DNA of 63,620 nucleotides, the filler included, from Octopus bimaculoides (lineage: Eukaryota): the NCBI RefSeq assembly GCF_001194135.2. It is 7 parts of 6 records of this genome, joined end to end, with 100 filler letters (N's around TTAATTAATTAA, not from the genome) between each part and the next. Parts side by side here need not be neighbours in the genome. Positions count along the whole stretch, not along the records: positions 1 to 31,878 come from NC_068987.1; 6 more parts are not named here. One strand, 5' to 3'. Under the pieces are notes generated by a model. It worked only from the letters and a program-made list of their open reading frames with translations. It made no database searches and was not told the DNA's origin. This document shows positions 1 through 12,600 of the stretch, in pieces. The stretch's first letter is position 1; each line of letters opens with the position of its first letter. A program made the translations under genes and the position numbers.

Positions 1-126
1 CTTTCTGTTGAAGAGCGTAGCTCGAAACGTCAAAGACTTTCCGTATTCCCGAGCGTCATACTAATATATACTTTTGTTATTTACACCACCTGTCCTCGTC
101 TGTTGTTATTATTTGTATATTCTCCC

Positions 127-128
<2 letters not shown>
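1..128 (+). mobile_element. Penelope-like element terminal repeat fragment with minimal hammerhead-like motif (copy 1)
   Basis: CTTT-CTGTTGA-A-GAGC-GTA-GCTC-GAAAC-GT-C-AAAG at 1-35. The following ~90 bp match 15385-15502 and the reverse complement of 10935-11044, which lies at the 3' end of a Penelope RT/GIY-YIG relic. Ends in (TA)n. Confidence 0.6.
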
Positions 129-157
<29 letters not shown>

Positions 158-654
158 AAACCTAGAGATAAAACTCATTCTAAAGAGAATTCAGGAAGCC
201 GAGCAGAGACTGATGCAGCTGGATCTTCGTTTAGAGGCGGGTGGAAACTCGCATAGATATTCACCCTAGATTCGTGTTTAGTTTTCTAAAGCTTTTTTCC
301 CTCTTTTTCACTGTCGTACTGGTATCTAGCAATGTCACTATTTCGATCAGCTTTAAATCGCTACATGCGAACAATATAATCTATTCACGTCACCTTTTAT
401 TTCTACGAATGAAAGTCGACAGCACGTACGAATCTCAATGAAACTGAATAAGCTTATCATCATTAAAATAATTTTACATCACACAGAAAGTAAAGATTCT
501 AGTCCGTAATAATTCCGAAACTAATTACATAATTGTACTTTCAGAAATTAAATCGCTTGCAAAAATCTTCTGCATTATTTGATACAATTAATTCACTAAT
601 TTAACAGATTTACAAACAAAATAATCGCAAATCGGAAATTGCAAAAAGAAACCT

Positions 655-895
<241 letters not shown>

Positions 896-910
896 ATCTC
901 CCTATGTATG

Positions 911-1440
911 TATCGAGTGACCCAAATGTCACTGAGGGGGTGCTATCTTTGAGAATTATTTTACTTATTGACATTTTTTCCTTTTGCGGGATTTTATGGA
1001 CTTGGTCCTCGAAATTACTATGGAAAAAAACATAGCCCTGCACAACGCATCCAATTAATTAAACCCAGAGAGTACCACAGAGAATTGCACCGCTTAAAGT
1101 GCACAGTATGTTATGCAATTATGGTGAATGAGATAATCGGGCCTTATTTATTTGAAGACGATGATTAAAGTGCTGTCGCTGTGACCATTCGCAATAAGCC
1201 TCAATAAGCCTGATTTATGGTTCCAGCAAGATGAGGCAATGGTTCACATCACGAAAGAGACAATACAGTTGTGGAGGCAATATTTTGGAAAAAGAATCGT
1301 CTTGTGGGAGTATCTCAAGAAGGCTTATGTGAACAAACCAGAAACACTGGAGCACTTGAAGAAGAATATCACAAGAGAAACCCTTACAGCTGCCATGGAA
1401 CATATTTTTGAAAGGGCACGGATCAACAACAAAAAAAGAA
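911..1440 (+). mobile_element. Decayed Tc1/mariner transposase fragment (Tc3/DUF4817-type DDD domain)
   Basis: Broken translation HRLKCTVCYAIMVNEIIGPYLFEDDD...QQDEAMVHITKETIQLWRQYFGKRIVLWEYLKKAYVNKPETLEHLKKNI matches the family motifs KVTVWCAI..GIIGPYFFE, FQQDGA..H and LWGYLK..VY..KP.TL..LK. Frameshifted, and the WPPRSPDL segment is deleted. Confidence 0.8.
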
Positions 1441-1858
1441 AGTGGTGAGAAAATGGAAGAAATTAGGGGCTGGATAGGATTGCAGTTGTAGTTGGGGGAC
1501 TTCAGACGAGAGGAAGAGTTGATAAATTGTGTTCGTATAAAGGAGAGTATTTGCATAAGGCGATGGACATGATTACGTGTGACAAGTGTGCGGTGAATGT
1601 GACAGGCTGCGAGTGATTGGCGTGTGATTTGAATGTAAAAAAGTGAGAGTGGTTTGTGGAAGTAGAATAAAATGAAGGGAAATGGGGAAACATCAGTGTA
1701 GTGAGACAAAAAATGAATGAAGGCATAAATTGAGGAAAACGTACATAGTGGAAAAAGGTGGCAAAATAAATCGGGAGAATAAATAAGAAAAGAAAATGTT
1801 GAGCGGGAAAGAGTAGGTAAAAATGCATAGAGGGTAGGAACTAAACGGTTATGTAATA

Positions 1859-2332
1859 CACGGTGTTCAAGACGTCTCTCCGCAGTAAGTATCTTATTGC
1901 AAATTAAATATGTTTAAGATGGTATAAGACTACAAGAGAATATATTAGACTTTACAAGACTTTAAAAAAAACTTTATAGGAGGGGTTGAAAGTGTTGTCC
2001 ATTTTCAATGCATAATTTGACTCTTCTACACATTATGAAACACATCTTGGAGAATCTGACGCGGTATGGACAATGTAAAAGTTATGATTGCGTCTTTTAG
2101 TTCAATAATGGTTTTCAGGCGATTCTTGTACACTGATCCTTTACTTGCTCCCCAGAAATAAAAGTCTGCCGGTGTTAAATCAGGTGATCTTGGTGGCCAA
2201 AGTCCCTTTTTGCTGAAAGTATGCATTATTGATTTAAATTTCAGTGAGTTGGCCTACAATATTTAAGCAATATCTCTCTTTGCTGATGGTGCCATCAAAA
2301 ACTTCACTGCGGAGAGATTTTTGAATACCCTG
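1859..2332 (-). mobile_element. Internally deleted Tc1/mariner element with both TIRs and TA target-site duplication
   Basis: Left TIR CACGGTGTTCAAGACGTCTCTCCGCAGT (1859-1886). The right TIR reverse-complements to CAGGGTATTCAAAAATCTCTCCGCAGT (2306-2332). TA on both sides. The minus-strand ORF encodes WPPRSPDLTPADFYFWGASKGSVY. Confidence 0.9.
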
Positions 2333-2408
2333 TATTAATAAAGCTAATGATTATTAAAATGATAAACAAAGGAACGAAATGTGAGAGAAGTAGTTTAACC
2401 GAAAACAA

Positions 2409-2409
<1 letters not shown>

Positions 2410-2497
<88 letters not shown>

Positions 2498-2600
2498 CGT
2501 ATGTATATATGTATGTTTATACATATGTATATATACTTGTGTATACATATGTGTATGTGCAAATGTGTGTTTGCGCGCACGTGTGTGTATGTATACACAA
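2410..2600. repeat. (TA)n microsatellite with degenerate TATG/TG tail
   Basis: Directly visible. Confidence 0.95.
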
Positions 2601-2654
2601 GAAGAAACAATAGCAACACTTGACTACACACCATGCACTACTCACCAACAATTT

Positions 2655-3420
2655 TAGGTAATGGTGGTTAAAAAATTCCTAGCCCTGCGGTACCAGCGTC
2701 CAAAACTGAATATAAAACTTACAGGATACACTGGTCCACAGGAGATTACAACCCCAGAGTCTAAATCAGTGATGTTCCAAGTGCACATTACCAAGATGGC
2801 GATAAAGTGCAGACGATTGGCTGGATGGATTCTGAGAACGTTCAGAACCAGAGAAAAGGAAACCATGATGGTCCTCTGAAGGACATTCATCCTCAGATGC
2901 CTGGATTACTGCTCCCGACTATGGTCATCCAACAGTGTAAAATTAACAGCGGAACTTGAAGCGATACATCGAAGCCTCAGAAAGAAGATCGTTTCATTGC
3001 AACAGCTCATCTACTGGTATAGGCTGAAACAGCTAAGACTCTACTCCCTGGAGCGAAGGTGGGAAAGGTATGCAGTAATATACATTTGGAAGATCCTGGA
3101 AGGAATTGTGCCAAACTTTGGCATTGAAAGCTACTCAAATGCCAGAACGGGTCGACACTGCACAGTGTCAAAGATCCTAGCAATGCCATCACACTTCACG
3201 ACCATTTACTTGAAAAGCTTGGGTTTCAGGGGCCCACAGTATTTTAAAATTCTCCCAAAGAGCCTGATATACCTACACAAAGTGGATGTAGGTGCAAATG
3301 AGGGTAGCACCATCAAACTCCCTCATTCACCGAATGTCACATAATAGAAGAGGCTTTCAATAATAACAGTGTAGCAAGCCGGTGGTGCCCCAGCATGGCC
3401 AGAGCCTAGAGCTGAAACTA
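2655..3420 (+). mobile_element. CR1-clade LINE, 5'-truncated 3' fragment of ORF2
   Basis: HITKMAIKCRRLAGWILRTFRTREKETMMVL*RTFILRCLDYCSRLW...YRLKQLRLYSLERRWERYAVIYIWKILEGIVPN is a typical CR1/L2 post-RT region. Same family as 13587-14757. Confidence 0.85.
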
Positions 3421-4097
3421 AGAAAGAAGAAGAAAAAAACAATATACATGTATTTAATATATCATATGCATTCCCAGGATTTTCAATTCTGAGCTCCTAA
3501 GATACAGCTTATTTTCGCAGTAATATACTCATTAGACATAATGATTAACGGCCCAGTGATCAATTACGGAGAGGAAAGCGTGTAGAAAAGTGTCTTCTCT
3601 TTTACGATGGTAGTACTGAATTAACTAAACGACTACAAGAGGAAAGGTCAAAGGGTTTTATATCAGAGTATCTCTGTTCTATAAAAATGTTCTCGAGAGA
3701 ATTAGGGAAGTGGAGCTCTCGGTTATCTCGTGTTGTGATTGTTCATCATCCCGAATATTTCAATGTCATCTTGCATGTTATACATACTTGCATTCATGTA
3801 TGTATGTATGTGTGTACGCACTTCATACATAGAAGCATTTTTGCACAAAAACGCATCAACCAACAAAAGACTCTGTTATATCTATGTAGTTAGTTGCTCG
3901 ACATTTTGAAAAGGAAAAATAGGTGTCTAAACATCCTCAAATGCACATTTCCTTGAGAAATGTGTTAACCTAGTGGCTATAGACCCTTTGTGTGTGTTGA
4001 GCTGTTTTGGTTATTGGTATAGTTGTTCAGAGCGAACCCAAAACAACTCCCATTTCGCATACACATCCCATGTTTGGTGTCCCTTCTCTTCACACAG

Positions 4098-4170
4098 TTG
4101 TCTCAGCAAAGGATATTATTTAGCAAATCGGAGACCGTATTTATTCAATATGTTCTCCTTCCTCATTGCC
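4098..4170 (+). CDS. Candidate internal exon 1 of an unidentified spliced gene (phase 2 to 0)
   Basis: Acceptor CCCTTCTCTTCACACAG|, donor GCC|GTAAGT. Encodes CLSKGYYLANRRPYLFNMFSFLIA; phase-compatible with 6623-6724. Confidence 0.6.
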
Positions 4171-4499
4171 GTAAGTTATACGACTTCTTACCGTCAATCC
4201 TAGCACACCTGATCGAACTTAAGACCAAAATATAGATCGGTCTTAAATCCAAGGCAATGAATTCTTTCTTTACGACTGAAATAAGTCGACGCTTATGTTT
4301 GTTTAAAGATGGCCATGCTCCAATTATTGCATTCATTCTCATGTTGTTCTTCTTGGCGTTATTATTTTGGCAACCCACCACCATACCTACAATTGTTTTC
4401 TTAGTTCCTTCGTTTTGTTAATTGTATTGGTGCTGTAAACGCTGATGCTATTAATAATACATCTTTTTTTTACCTTTGTCCTCTGCTTTTCCCACTCCT

Positions 4500-4790
4500 G
4501 CTCAATATCAACACCATCATCGTCATCATTATGACCATCACCACCGCCATGATAATGATGATGATAATGACGATCATCATCATCATCGTATATAGCAGCA
4601 GCATGTGCACCATCATCATTGTAATTATCATGGTCATTGCAGTCGTCGTCGTCATTGTGCTCATTATAATCTTAATAGTTCTCGTTATTATCCTCTTCAT
4701 ATTATTGTTGCGGCCACCTCCACTGCTGCTGTTGCTGCTGCTACTGATGATGATTAAGTTGTTGTTCATGATGATGATGATGATGATGAT
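4500..4790. repeat. Degenerate (CAT/GAT/CTG)n trinucleotide tract
   Basis: Visible low-complexity triplets; they produce poly-I/M/L ORFs. Confidence 0.85.
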
Positions 4791-5309
4791 GTTGAAGCTG
4801 TTTAAGTCTCGCAACAGATGAAACGGAAGTCAATCATTTTAACAACCATAATTCAATATTTCAACAGATTCTCAATTACAACTAGTGTAGTTCTTAGCTT
4901 TGATGTTTTGCTTTGATGTACCGCCTCCGATACGTACACACCTACACATACTCTTCATACATATATATACATCGCTACTGTCATAAACACAGATACATGC
5001 ACGTACACACACATCCACACACACACACACACATCCACAATCAAACACGCATACACTCTGCTGTGGCAACTGTTGTCGATGCCGCCACACAGACTTCGGC
5101 AGCTTTAGCTTTGCTGAACAATAAACACTTTTCTTCCTAATTGGACGTAATCACACATACAATGGAAACTACACAACAACTGACTGATACGTGGACTTCC
5201 ACACAACATTGTTGTTTTTATTGTTATTGCTGTTGTGGTTTTCAATGTTGTTGTTGCCGCTGCTGCTGCTGCTGTTACTGTTGTTGTCATATCACCGTCG
5301 TCATCGTCG

Positions 5310-5380
5310 TTCTTTAGCCCCGAGTGAAACCTGATACCGTAGACCTATAAACGGAATTGTTCAATGTATGATTAACCTGT
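5310..5380 (-). mobile_element. Short decayed RTE-like/SINE 3' tail fragment
   Basis: TTTAGCCCCGAGTGAAACCTGATACCGTAGACCTATAA is the reverse complement of a motif seen on + at 41380-41411, 44830-44880 and 50905-50968 (..ATAGGTCTGCTCGATCAGGGCTGACCTGGGGCTAAAC). Confidence 0.45.
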
Positions 5381-6622
5381 ACGTTTCTGGGACATATCTA
5401 TCCAGGATAACATTTTCCAGTTTATCAATTGTTTCCATGATGTTTAGTGTGTACTTTAAATGTAATTCTGTTGTTATTTTTAGCAGATAGAGCAACCCTT
5501 TAAATATAAGTGTTTGCTGTTGTAAACAAGCCTTTGACGGGGTTTAGTACCAAGACAGCCCCCTTTGTTTTTAGTCCCAGGTAGCCATTTTCTTAGCAGA
5601 TGTTTCTGGCAGCTACAATCATGCTATCTAGTTTTTTGCCTTTACCATTTTCTGTTTAGTAGTTATTTACCTAATGAACCCTTCCATTTCTAAGTAAACA
5701 TAATGAGAAATGGAAGAGGATGTGGTTGCTATTTCTATGATTGTGAAAAATTTCAAATTTTTTCTCAAACGTTGATATATTGTGAACTCCAAGTCTTATT
5801 TTCAAGAACAATTATTTTGAAGTATATTATTCAATTCGCATTGTCTGTGTAAGTGGTAACGCTACAATTTGATTCCAATGTGAATTATATGTACATTAAG
5901 TAGTTCGAACTAGATTTTACTTTGGTTAATTGCGGCTGTGGCGAAGTATTTGATAGCCACATTTCTCTCAGCTTTCCTGTCTTTTCATAAGACGTTGTAA
6001 CTTTTCTCTTATTTATTATTGACGGTTATTAGTTATGCATATAGTGACGATAAATTGGTGTTTACATAACATCACCAGTAGTGCTGCTGATATTTGGCGA
6101 TCTAACCGGTACTGCCCTCTTTATTTATATCAAGGACTACATAATACAATGTATCTTATCAAACGAAGCAGCAGATATGTGATTTGAGTGGTTGAATAAA
6201 TGTTATTTCTAACAGGACAAGCAACAATCAAGCGAGGCTCTTACTGGTTCGTTGGGACTACCGCTAAACATTTCTAATTTTAGTACCAACTCAACTCCTA
6301 TCAAACATTGCCATGTTCAATGCCTTGCTACGTAAAACCACACCAGTGGTATTCATATGTAACGTACTTCCGACAGCAAGAATAAATAAGTTGGTAAATA
6401 TCATAAGAGATTTGGCTACTTTTTCTAGTAAATCGAAAACCACGTAAGCTTACCATGTTAACATTTACTGGTTATTTGTGCGTCTGGCTATGAATGTTCT
6501 TTCAAGTAGCAGCTGTGATAAAGCCATTAGTAAAAACGCATGTGTAATTGTTTAGACCCAAGTCAGGCCTGCTTCAACCGACCTACAATATTATTCCCGT
6601 CATACTAATCACATTTTTACAG

Positions 6623-6724
6623 CAGTGTTTCCTATTGCATTATTCATTGCCCCACACCCCCGTCCTTCATATTGAAGATCGACATCGGTACTGGGCTGAT
6701 TTTGCATCTATTTGTGTACGTCAG
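6623..6724 (+). CDS. Candidate internal exon 2 (phase 0 to 0)
   Basis: Branch-like TACTAAT, acceptor CACATTTTTACAG|CAG (NAGNAG), perfect donor CAG|GTAAGT. Encodes QCFLLHYSLPHTPVLHIEDRHRYWADFASICVRQ. Confidence 0.65.
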
Positions 6725-7284
6725 GTAAGTAAACACATTAGGATTTTCAGACTGATGCTTCAATAATTAAGTTAATAATGGCGGTGTTAGTTTTCCTATA
6801 AATGTTTGCAGTTGGTATCGATTATTGATAAACTGTTAGTGTAGTCTTTATTGATGCTTTGATAGTAAGAATGTTATTGTTATGACAGTAACGGATAAAA
6901 TACTTTTAAAGGTGTTAGTAATAGTTTCTATTGTTAAATTCATGTCTAAGTGATTTATAAGAAAAAACAGATATTGCAGTCATGACCATTTCTTTAATTG
7001 AATCTCATGGATAATTTGTAATGAAATCCTTCTTTATTACTTGATGGGGGGGGGGGTTAGGAAATATGTGTCATTAGTAATTTTGCTGCTATTTCAAGCG
7101 GATCGAGAGATAATGCTGATAATCCTTCGTTGGCAGAATCTTTCTTCGGCGAATCATTGTAGAAAATGTAGTTCCAAAAATTAGAGAATATAGTGGAATA
7201 TTTATCTCTGCTGGGAAGCTGGATATTTTGCTGAAAAAGGCGGTGTCTGTTATATATAATGCAATGTTTCCTATAATTTTACAG

Positions 7285-7365
7285 TTGTTGGCTTCTTTGA
7301 GCAGATCAAAATTTAGCAAGAATATTGAAAACTTAAAAAACATGCCTCTAATTTTGAAGACGTGT
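7285..7365 (+). CDS. Candidate internal exon 3 (phase 0 to 0)
   Basis: Acceptor TTTCCTATAATTTTACAG|, donor TGT|GTAAGT. Only frame 0 is open: LLASLSRSKFSKNIENLKNMPLILKTC. Confidence 0.6.
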
Positions 7366-7439
7366 GTAAGTCCTTGATGACAGGTCTTAACCAGAAAAAT
7401 TTAAAGGCGAAGAAAGATATAAGTCTAACAATATTTTCT

Positions 7440-7484
7440 GTGTATGCATGCGCGAGTGCGCGCGTGCGTGTATATATATATATA

Positions 7485-7541
<57 letters not shown>

Positions 7542-7565
7542 TGTGTGTGTATGTGCGTTTGTGTG
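7440..7565. repeat. (TA)n(TG)n microsatellite
   Basis: Directly visible. Confidence 0.95.
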
Positions 7566-10500
7566 TGAATAAAATTTGAGTAAATTGCTTTTGGCATTCA
7601 TTCTTGTATAGAGTGAATGGAGAGCACGATCTAGCATCCAAAATAATCACAAAGAAACTCTGGTGACAGGCATTACACAGCATCTCACTAATGCGTGCAT
7701 GCCATAGTTCAAATAACACTGTGGCAATAGAGACATTCACTGCGCGATAAATTATAAACGCAACTATTGTTTGCAGTTATTGTCATGCATACCTGCCTTA
7801 TAGTTTGGCTATATTTAGCCCCTTCCGAATGGGATAAGAGAATTTATTATAGGTAATAAGATGAATTGGTTTCCATATCGAATCCTTTGTTCTTTTGACA
7901 CCCATTTAAAATTTTGAATTTATAATCACTTCTTATCCCCTGTTTTAAAACGACTAGGAAAATTAAGACGAGTTTTTACTTCTCTAAACATATGTATTTG
8001 CATTTTTGTTTTAATGACAAGCCCTCTGATGTCTCCTACATTTATGTAACGTTAACTTTAAGCTTAGAGTACAGCAATTTATAAGAATGTTTGGTGAAGC
8101 CTAAATAATTCTAAAACACGTCCTGAGTCGTCACTCCTACTTGCAGAAATAATCAATATATTTTGCAACTATCGATATACTTACCTTCCCTCTTTTTAAA
8201 TATGGTAATAATCATATTTCTAAGGAGGGGGTGCCATAGTATATTCGAATGATTTTGCATTGAAAGAAACAAAGTTATATAAAATGTTATTAACATGCCA
8301 GAAACTACTGGATATATCGAAATTTTGAAGTGCTTCCACCTTTTTCGGGAAAACCCGAAATAAACATCAATAAGAAATACAATTCTATGGTGTTATTCTT
8401 CAAACGGAGCAATACACACTATTACTCTGTAATATTGTGAAGCAATGTTATTTCAGATAAATATGCATCCTGTGTGCAAAAACTGAATTTTGAAGACAAA
8501 GCATCTTGTATAGTAGCCGGCTTTATGTTTTTCACATCAGCATACTTTGTATACAGTTAACAATAGCCGCAATATTCGCATCCCATTCTAAAATTATCTT
8601 TAGGATCTAAAGTAATTTATCTCTAGAGTCCACCTGGAACAGAATATATAGATACACTCTATGTCTTAGTAATGATATTTCGAATAGTTACCTACAAAAA
8701 GAAATAACATTTACTAAATTTCCCGCTGAAAGTATCACAGCCCAGTAAAATATTTGGAGTGCAAATTGTAGCGCAACACATGTCATGTAATTCAATGATT
8801 GATTAATACCTGAATATTTAGCACTAATGTAAATAAATCCATTGATTTTAATGCCAGTGAAAGATATTCGCACTTTACAAAAATTCGGTTGCGTTTAATC
8901 TGCCGGCAGTAATTCAGTATCCGTTTAAGAAGATGACCGTAAATTTCCAGGTAATATTCCTACCTGAGCATCAGAAATTATCCTACAAAATTGCTTATGT
9001 CAAACATAATAGAGTCAAAATTCAACAACTTTATTATTAGTAATGCCATTTTTAAAAGAAACATTACATCAAAAACCATCATTATATTATGCATCATAAG
9101 CCATTTTGTGTTCATGATCATCATGATACTCGTTATCATTATTTTTATGATCTCAATCAGGACCATGATCCTTAGCCTCACAATTTTCATCATTAGTGAC
9201 TGCAGTAACCATGGCCGAAACATAAATAACTTATTTAACAAAATAAGCAACCATAAATCGTAGGATATTTTTAGAAGCAAATCGCTAATCCTGTCAGGAC
9301 AACATCATTTCTGATTATAGTTCGGTAGAAGTGAGCTGGGTGGAGTATGGCACGGTGTTGGGCTGTCAGATGCAATGTATTTCTGCATTATGAAGTGGGA
9401 TATGGCATCGTACATTAGACAGTTGATTGAAGTATCTCTAATGTTGAGATTACTGAAGGAAACTATGTTATTAACTCGAAACAAATTCGTCACAGATGGA
9501 ATACAGTTCCACCGTCATCAGTAAATAGAAAGACAAAAACGAAGAAAATGAAAGCGCAAGATGTATAAATACATAAGTAAATAAGTATATCTAGAAAGCA
9601 GTTGAATAGTAAAGTAAAGTTGGATACTTGTGTAATCATACGGTTTGAAAGAAAGTAGCGAAATATTTGAATAGTTGAAATTGACTAAATTGATAAGATA
9701 CATACTGTCTGATGTATTTGATAGTAATTAGGTTACATATATGTTTGTCGGATGATTAGTTGATTTATTTATTGTGTAACTGGTTTGGCTACCAGTGAAA
9801 CGAAATCAGGAAATGAAATCTATATCAGAGTTTCTATTCCCGCTGGATCGATTGCTATAATTGATTTTTACCATTTTTCTCGAATAAATTTAACATACCA
9901 ATCTCTTGATACATTTCTCAAACATGGGCAATAACGCAGATATAATGGCAGATTTATGTTATTTTTCAGAATTGCATGGAACCGAAATGAAATATTCAAA
10001 TTTCACGCTGAAAATTGTATTTGATATGTAGTCCCAAACGTTAATTTTTCAGTAACCTGAGAAAATTATCTGCAGCATGTGATACTGTGCTTTCAGTGTT
10101 TGTTACATGAACGAAGGCAGTTGCAACACATATAAACAGAGTCTAAATCAATGTTTTAAAATATAACTGAACAAATTGCTATCTATATATCGCTATTCGT
10201 TAAATTATTTAATTTTCATTTTCATTTTGAATTCTTTAGTTATGAAAGGGACTTCTTCGTTTATGCGACGTAGATTGTATGCCAGGATACATTTAGATGA
10301 AGTATTCAGTAAAAAGAAAATAAATCCAAAGAAACCCATACAGTCTGCGTATATATATATTTATACTTATATTGCATGAGACAACATTTTTTTCTGTTTT
10401 AAAGCAGCATTGGATCTAAAACAAATTGTTTCCTTTGTGTCGAAATATTTTGTCAGGCCAAANNNNNNNNNNNNNNNNNNNNNNNNNNNNNNNNNNNNNN

Positions 10501-10934
10501 NNNNNNNNNNNNNNNNNNNNNNNNNNNNNNNNNNNNNNNNNNNNNNNNNNNNNNNNNNNNNNNNNNNNNNNNNNNNNNNNNNNNNNNNNNNNNNNNNNNN
10601 NNNNNNNNNNNNNNNNNNNNNNNNNNNNNNNNNNNNNNNNNNNNNNNNNNNNNNNNNNNNNNNNNNNNNNNNNNNNNNNNNNNNNNNNNNNNNNNNNNNN
10701 NNNNNNNNNNNNNNNNNNNNNNNNNNNNNNNNNNNNNNNNNNNNNNNNNNNNNNNNNNNNNNNNNNNNNNNNNNNNNNNNNNNNNNNNNNNNNNNNNNNN
10801 NNNNNNNNNNNNNNNNNNNNNNNNNNNNNNNNNNNNNNNNNNNNNNNNNNNNNNNNNNNNNNNNNNNNNNNNNNNNNNNNNNNNNNNNNNNNNNNNNNTA
10901 TATATATACACATATATAATTCAAATCTACAGAA

Positions 10935-12600
10935 GACAAACGCCGAAGACAGGTGAATAAACAAGCAAGAGTATTACCTTAACGCTCAGGAAGAATGAAT
11001 AGAAAAGTCTTTGGCGTTTCGAACCTACGCATTTCTGCAGAAAGGAGAGAGGACGGGAAAATATATAAACCTAGAGGGAAAAATGTATCTACAAGCAATC
11101 TCTCGGATTCAGTGCGTACAAACAGAGGAGAAAGACTCAAAGTTTGCTGTAAAAACAGGAACGGGAAGAAAAAGACTAAAGAAATCAAGACTTGTGTGTA
11201 GAAATGGTAATAAATCAAGATGTTCGGTAATGAAAGGGTTGACCACATGCTTGTATTTGCTATAAATTTCAGAATTCAGTAGTGCGGTGAAATACTTGGA
11301 TAAAAATAAAATTACGATTCTTGGATCAAAAAAGAATCTGCAAGAATGACCTGCATCTCTTCGATCTATTTATATATCGCGTAGAATTTTATACGACTCT
11401 CCACTTGATTGTGATGTGTAATTCGTCTTCAGTTCCCATATATGGCTAGCCGACTTAGTGGCTTTATCTTTATCTATGTGTCGGAAAGAAGACTGATGTT
11501 TTGCGTAACGCCCTTTAAAATTGCCTTCATATAAACGTTGCAATTATTTTTCTTGATTACGTAATTATGTATCACTGCTGTAACGCCAGCTTCATAAAAA
11601 ACTGGGTTTATCAAACACGCCTGATCAAGCGGACAACATTCATCAGCTTGACAGTTACAACTAGGTGTAGGCTCTTGATGCGACTTCCTACTGATATTTG
11701 GGTAGCAGCGATATGAAATGTCCATCAAGCTTCTATTAAAAACCGTCCTGAGTTTGTGGTTTACAGGGAAAATGTTTATTTTAGAAATACCAGTGATTTT
11801 TTGCTTATGCTAGTTTTAACATTTAAGGCGAATATGGGATAGACCATAATCTTTTCCTAGGTTTATTTTTAAGTGTCATATTTGTAACTGAATAGTTATA
11901 GACTTCTTATGTTGGAAGATATTGTTAGCTAGTGCATTGTTATGGTAGAGGACTGCTTTGTCTAATATATTCTTTAAAGCGAATAGCTTAAGTACCCTAT
12001 TGCCTGTGTTGGCTATTACACGATAGCGGGGTGAGAGGACTGTTTATGTATATATGTGTGTTTCTCATTGGGTTTATAATAGGATTTGCAACAGCATACG
12101 TTTAAGTCGAGGGAAGCATCTAAGAAACCAATATTTGACTGATGAGTTGGTACCGTAATTCTGAGGCCTGACTAAAGATGTATATAAGTGTATTTCTATA
12201 TGTATCAAGTGGACGTGGGATATTCTCAAATCACAATAATGGTATAGGCCAATACAGTGGTTTCGGAACTTGAATCTCAAAGTGTTTAGTATACATAAAC
12301 CTACAAAATCACCATTCACTACGCTCTCGTACGACGCCATCAAACAATTCATCCCGACTGTTTGTTTTTTTTAACCTATGCTGAAAGCTTACAGAATAGA
12401 AAGGCTTCTTGTGGAAGCATGATACGGTCCAGGTCTCAATGTTAATGCCGAATGATCATCACTGAATCGGCATCTTCCGTTTCGGATTAATGATTTTGCT
12501 GAATTACTGTGTGGTTAAAATCTTATAATACACATAATCCAACAACTCACATTTTCATTCCATTTATAAAATATTCCCCGCGAACACTTAGAGACTTGTT
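10935..12600 (-). mobile_element. Decayed Penelope-like element (RT + GIY-YIG endonuclease + terminal repeat)
   Basis: Minus-strand remnants: MASYESVVNGDFVGLCILNTL (~MGSYDGAEVCELVGLYIL), FLDASLDL..YKPNEKHTYIHKQSSHP, CNCQADECCPLDQACL..VFYEAGVT, and RYAKHQSSFRHIDKDKATKSASHIWELK. The terminal repeat at 10935-11044 matches 1-128. Confidence 0.85.

Noticed and set aside
3944-3974. Hairpin CACATTTC/GAAATGTG followed by CTAG|T (Helitron 3'-end-like)
   Set aside because: The stem is AT-rich and very close to CTAG; no 5' TC end or second copy is seen.
7330-7365. MPLILKTC resembling the start of a RhoGAP domain
   Set aside because: The next exon lacks the expected (I/V)E..GL..EG(I/L)YR motif, so no family assignment is made.
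8978-9280. 100-aa hydrophobic Met/Ile-rich ORF resembling a membrane or mitochondrial protein
   Set aside because: Degenerate (CAT/GAT)n-derived low complexity; no recognisable mitochondrial gene motifs.
7612-9330. Extra possible exons (7612-7662, 7777-7852, 8147-8204, 9298-9330)
   Set aside because: Weaker donors. 7777-7852 and 8147-8204 chain with each other but need a phase-1 entry that only a poor GC donor supplies. Such site pairs are common by chance in AT-rich DNA. Worth rechecking once RNA-seq is mapped.
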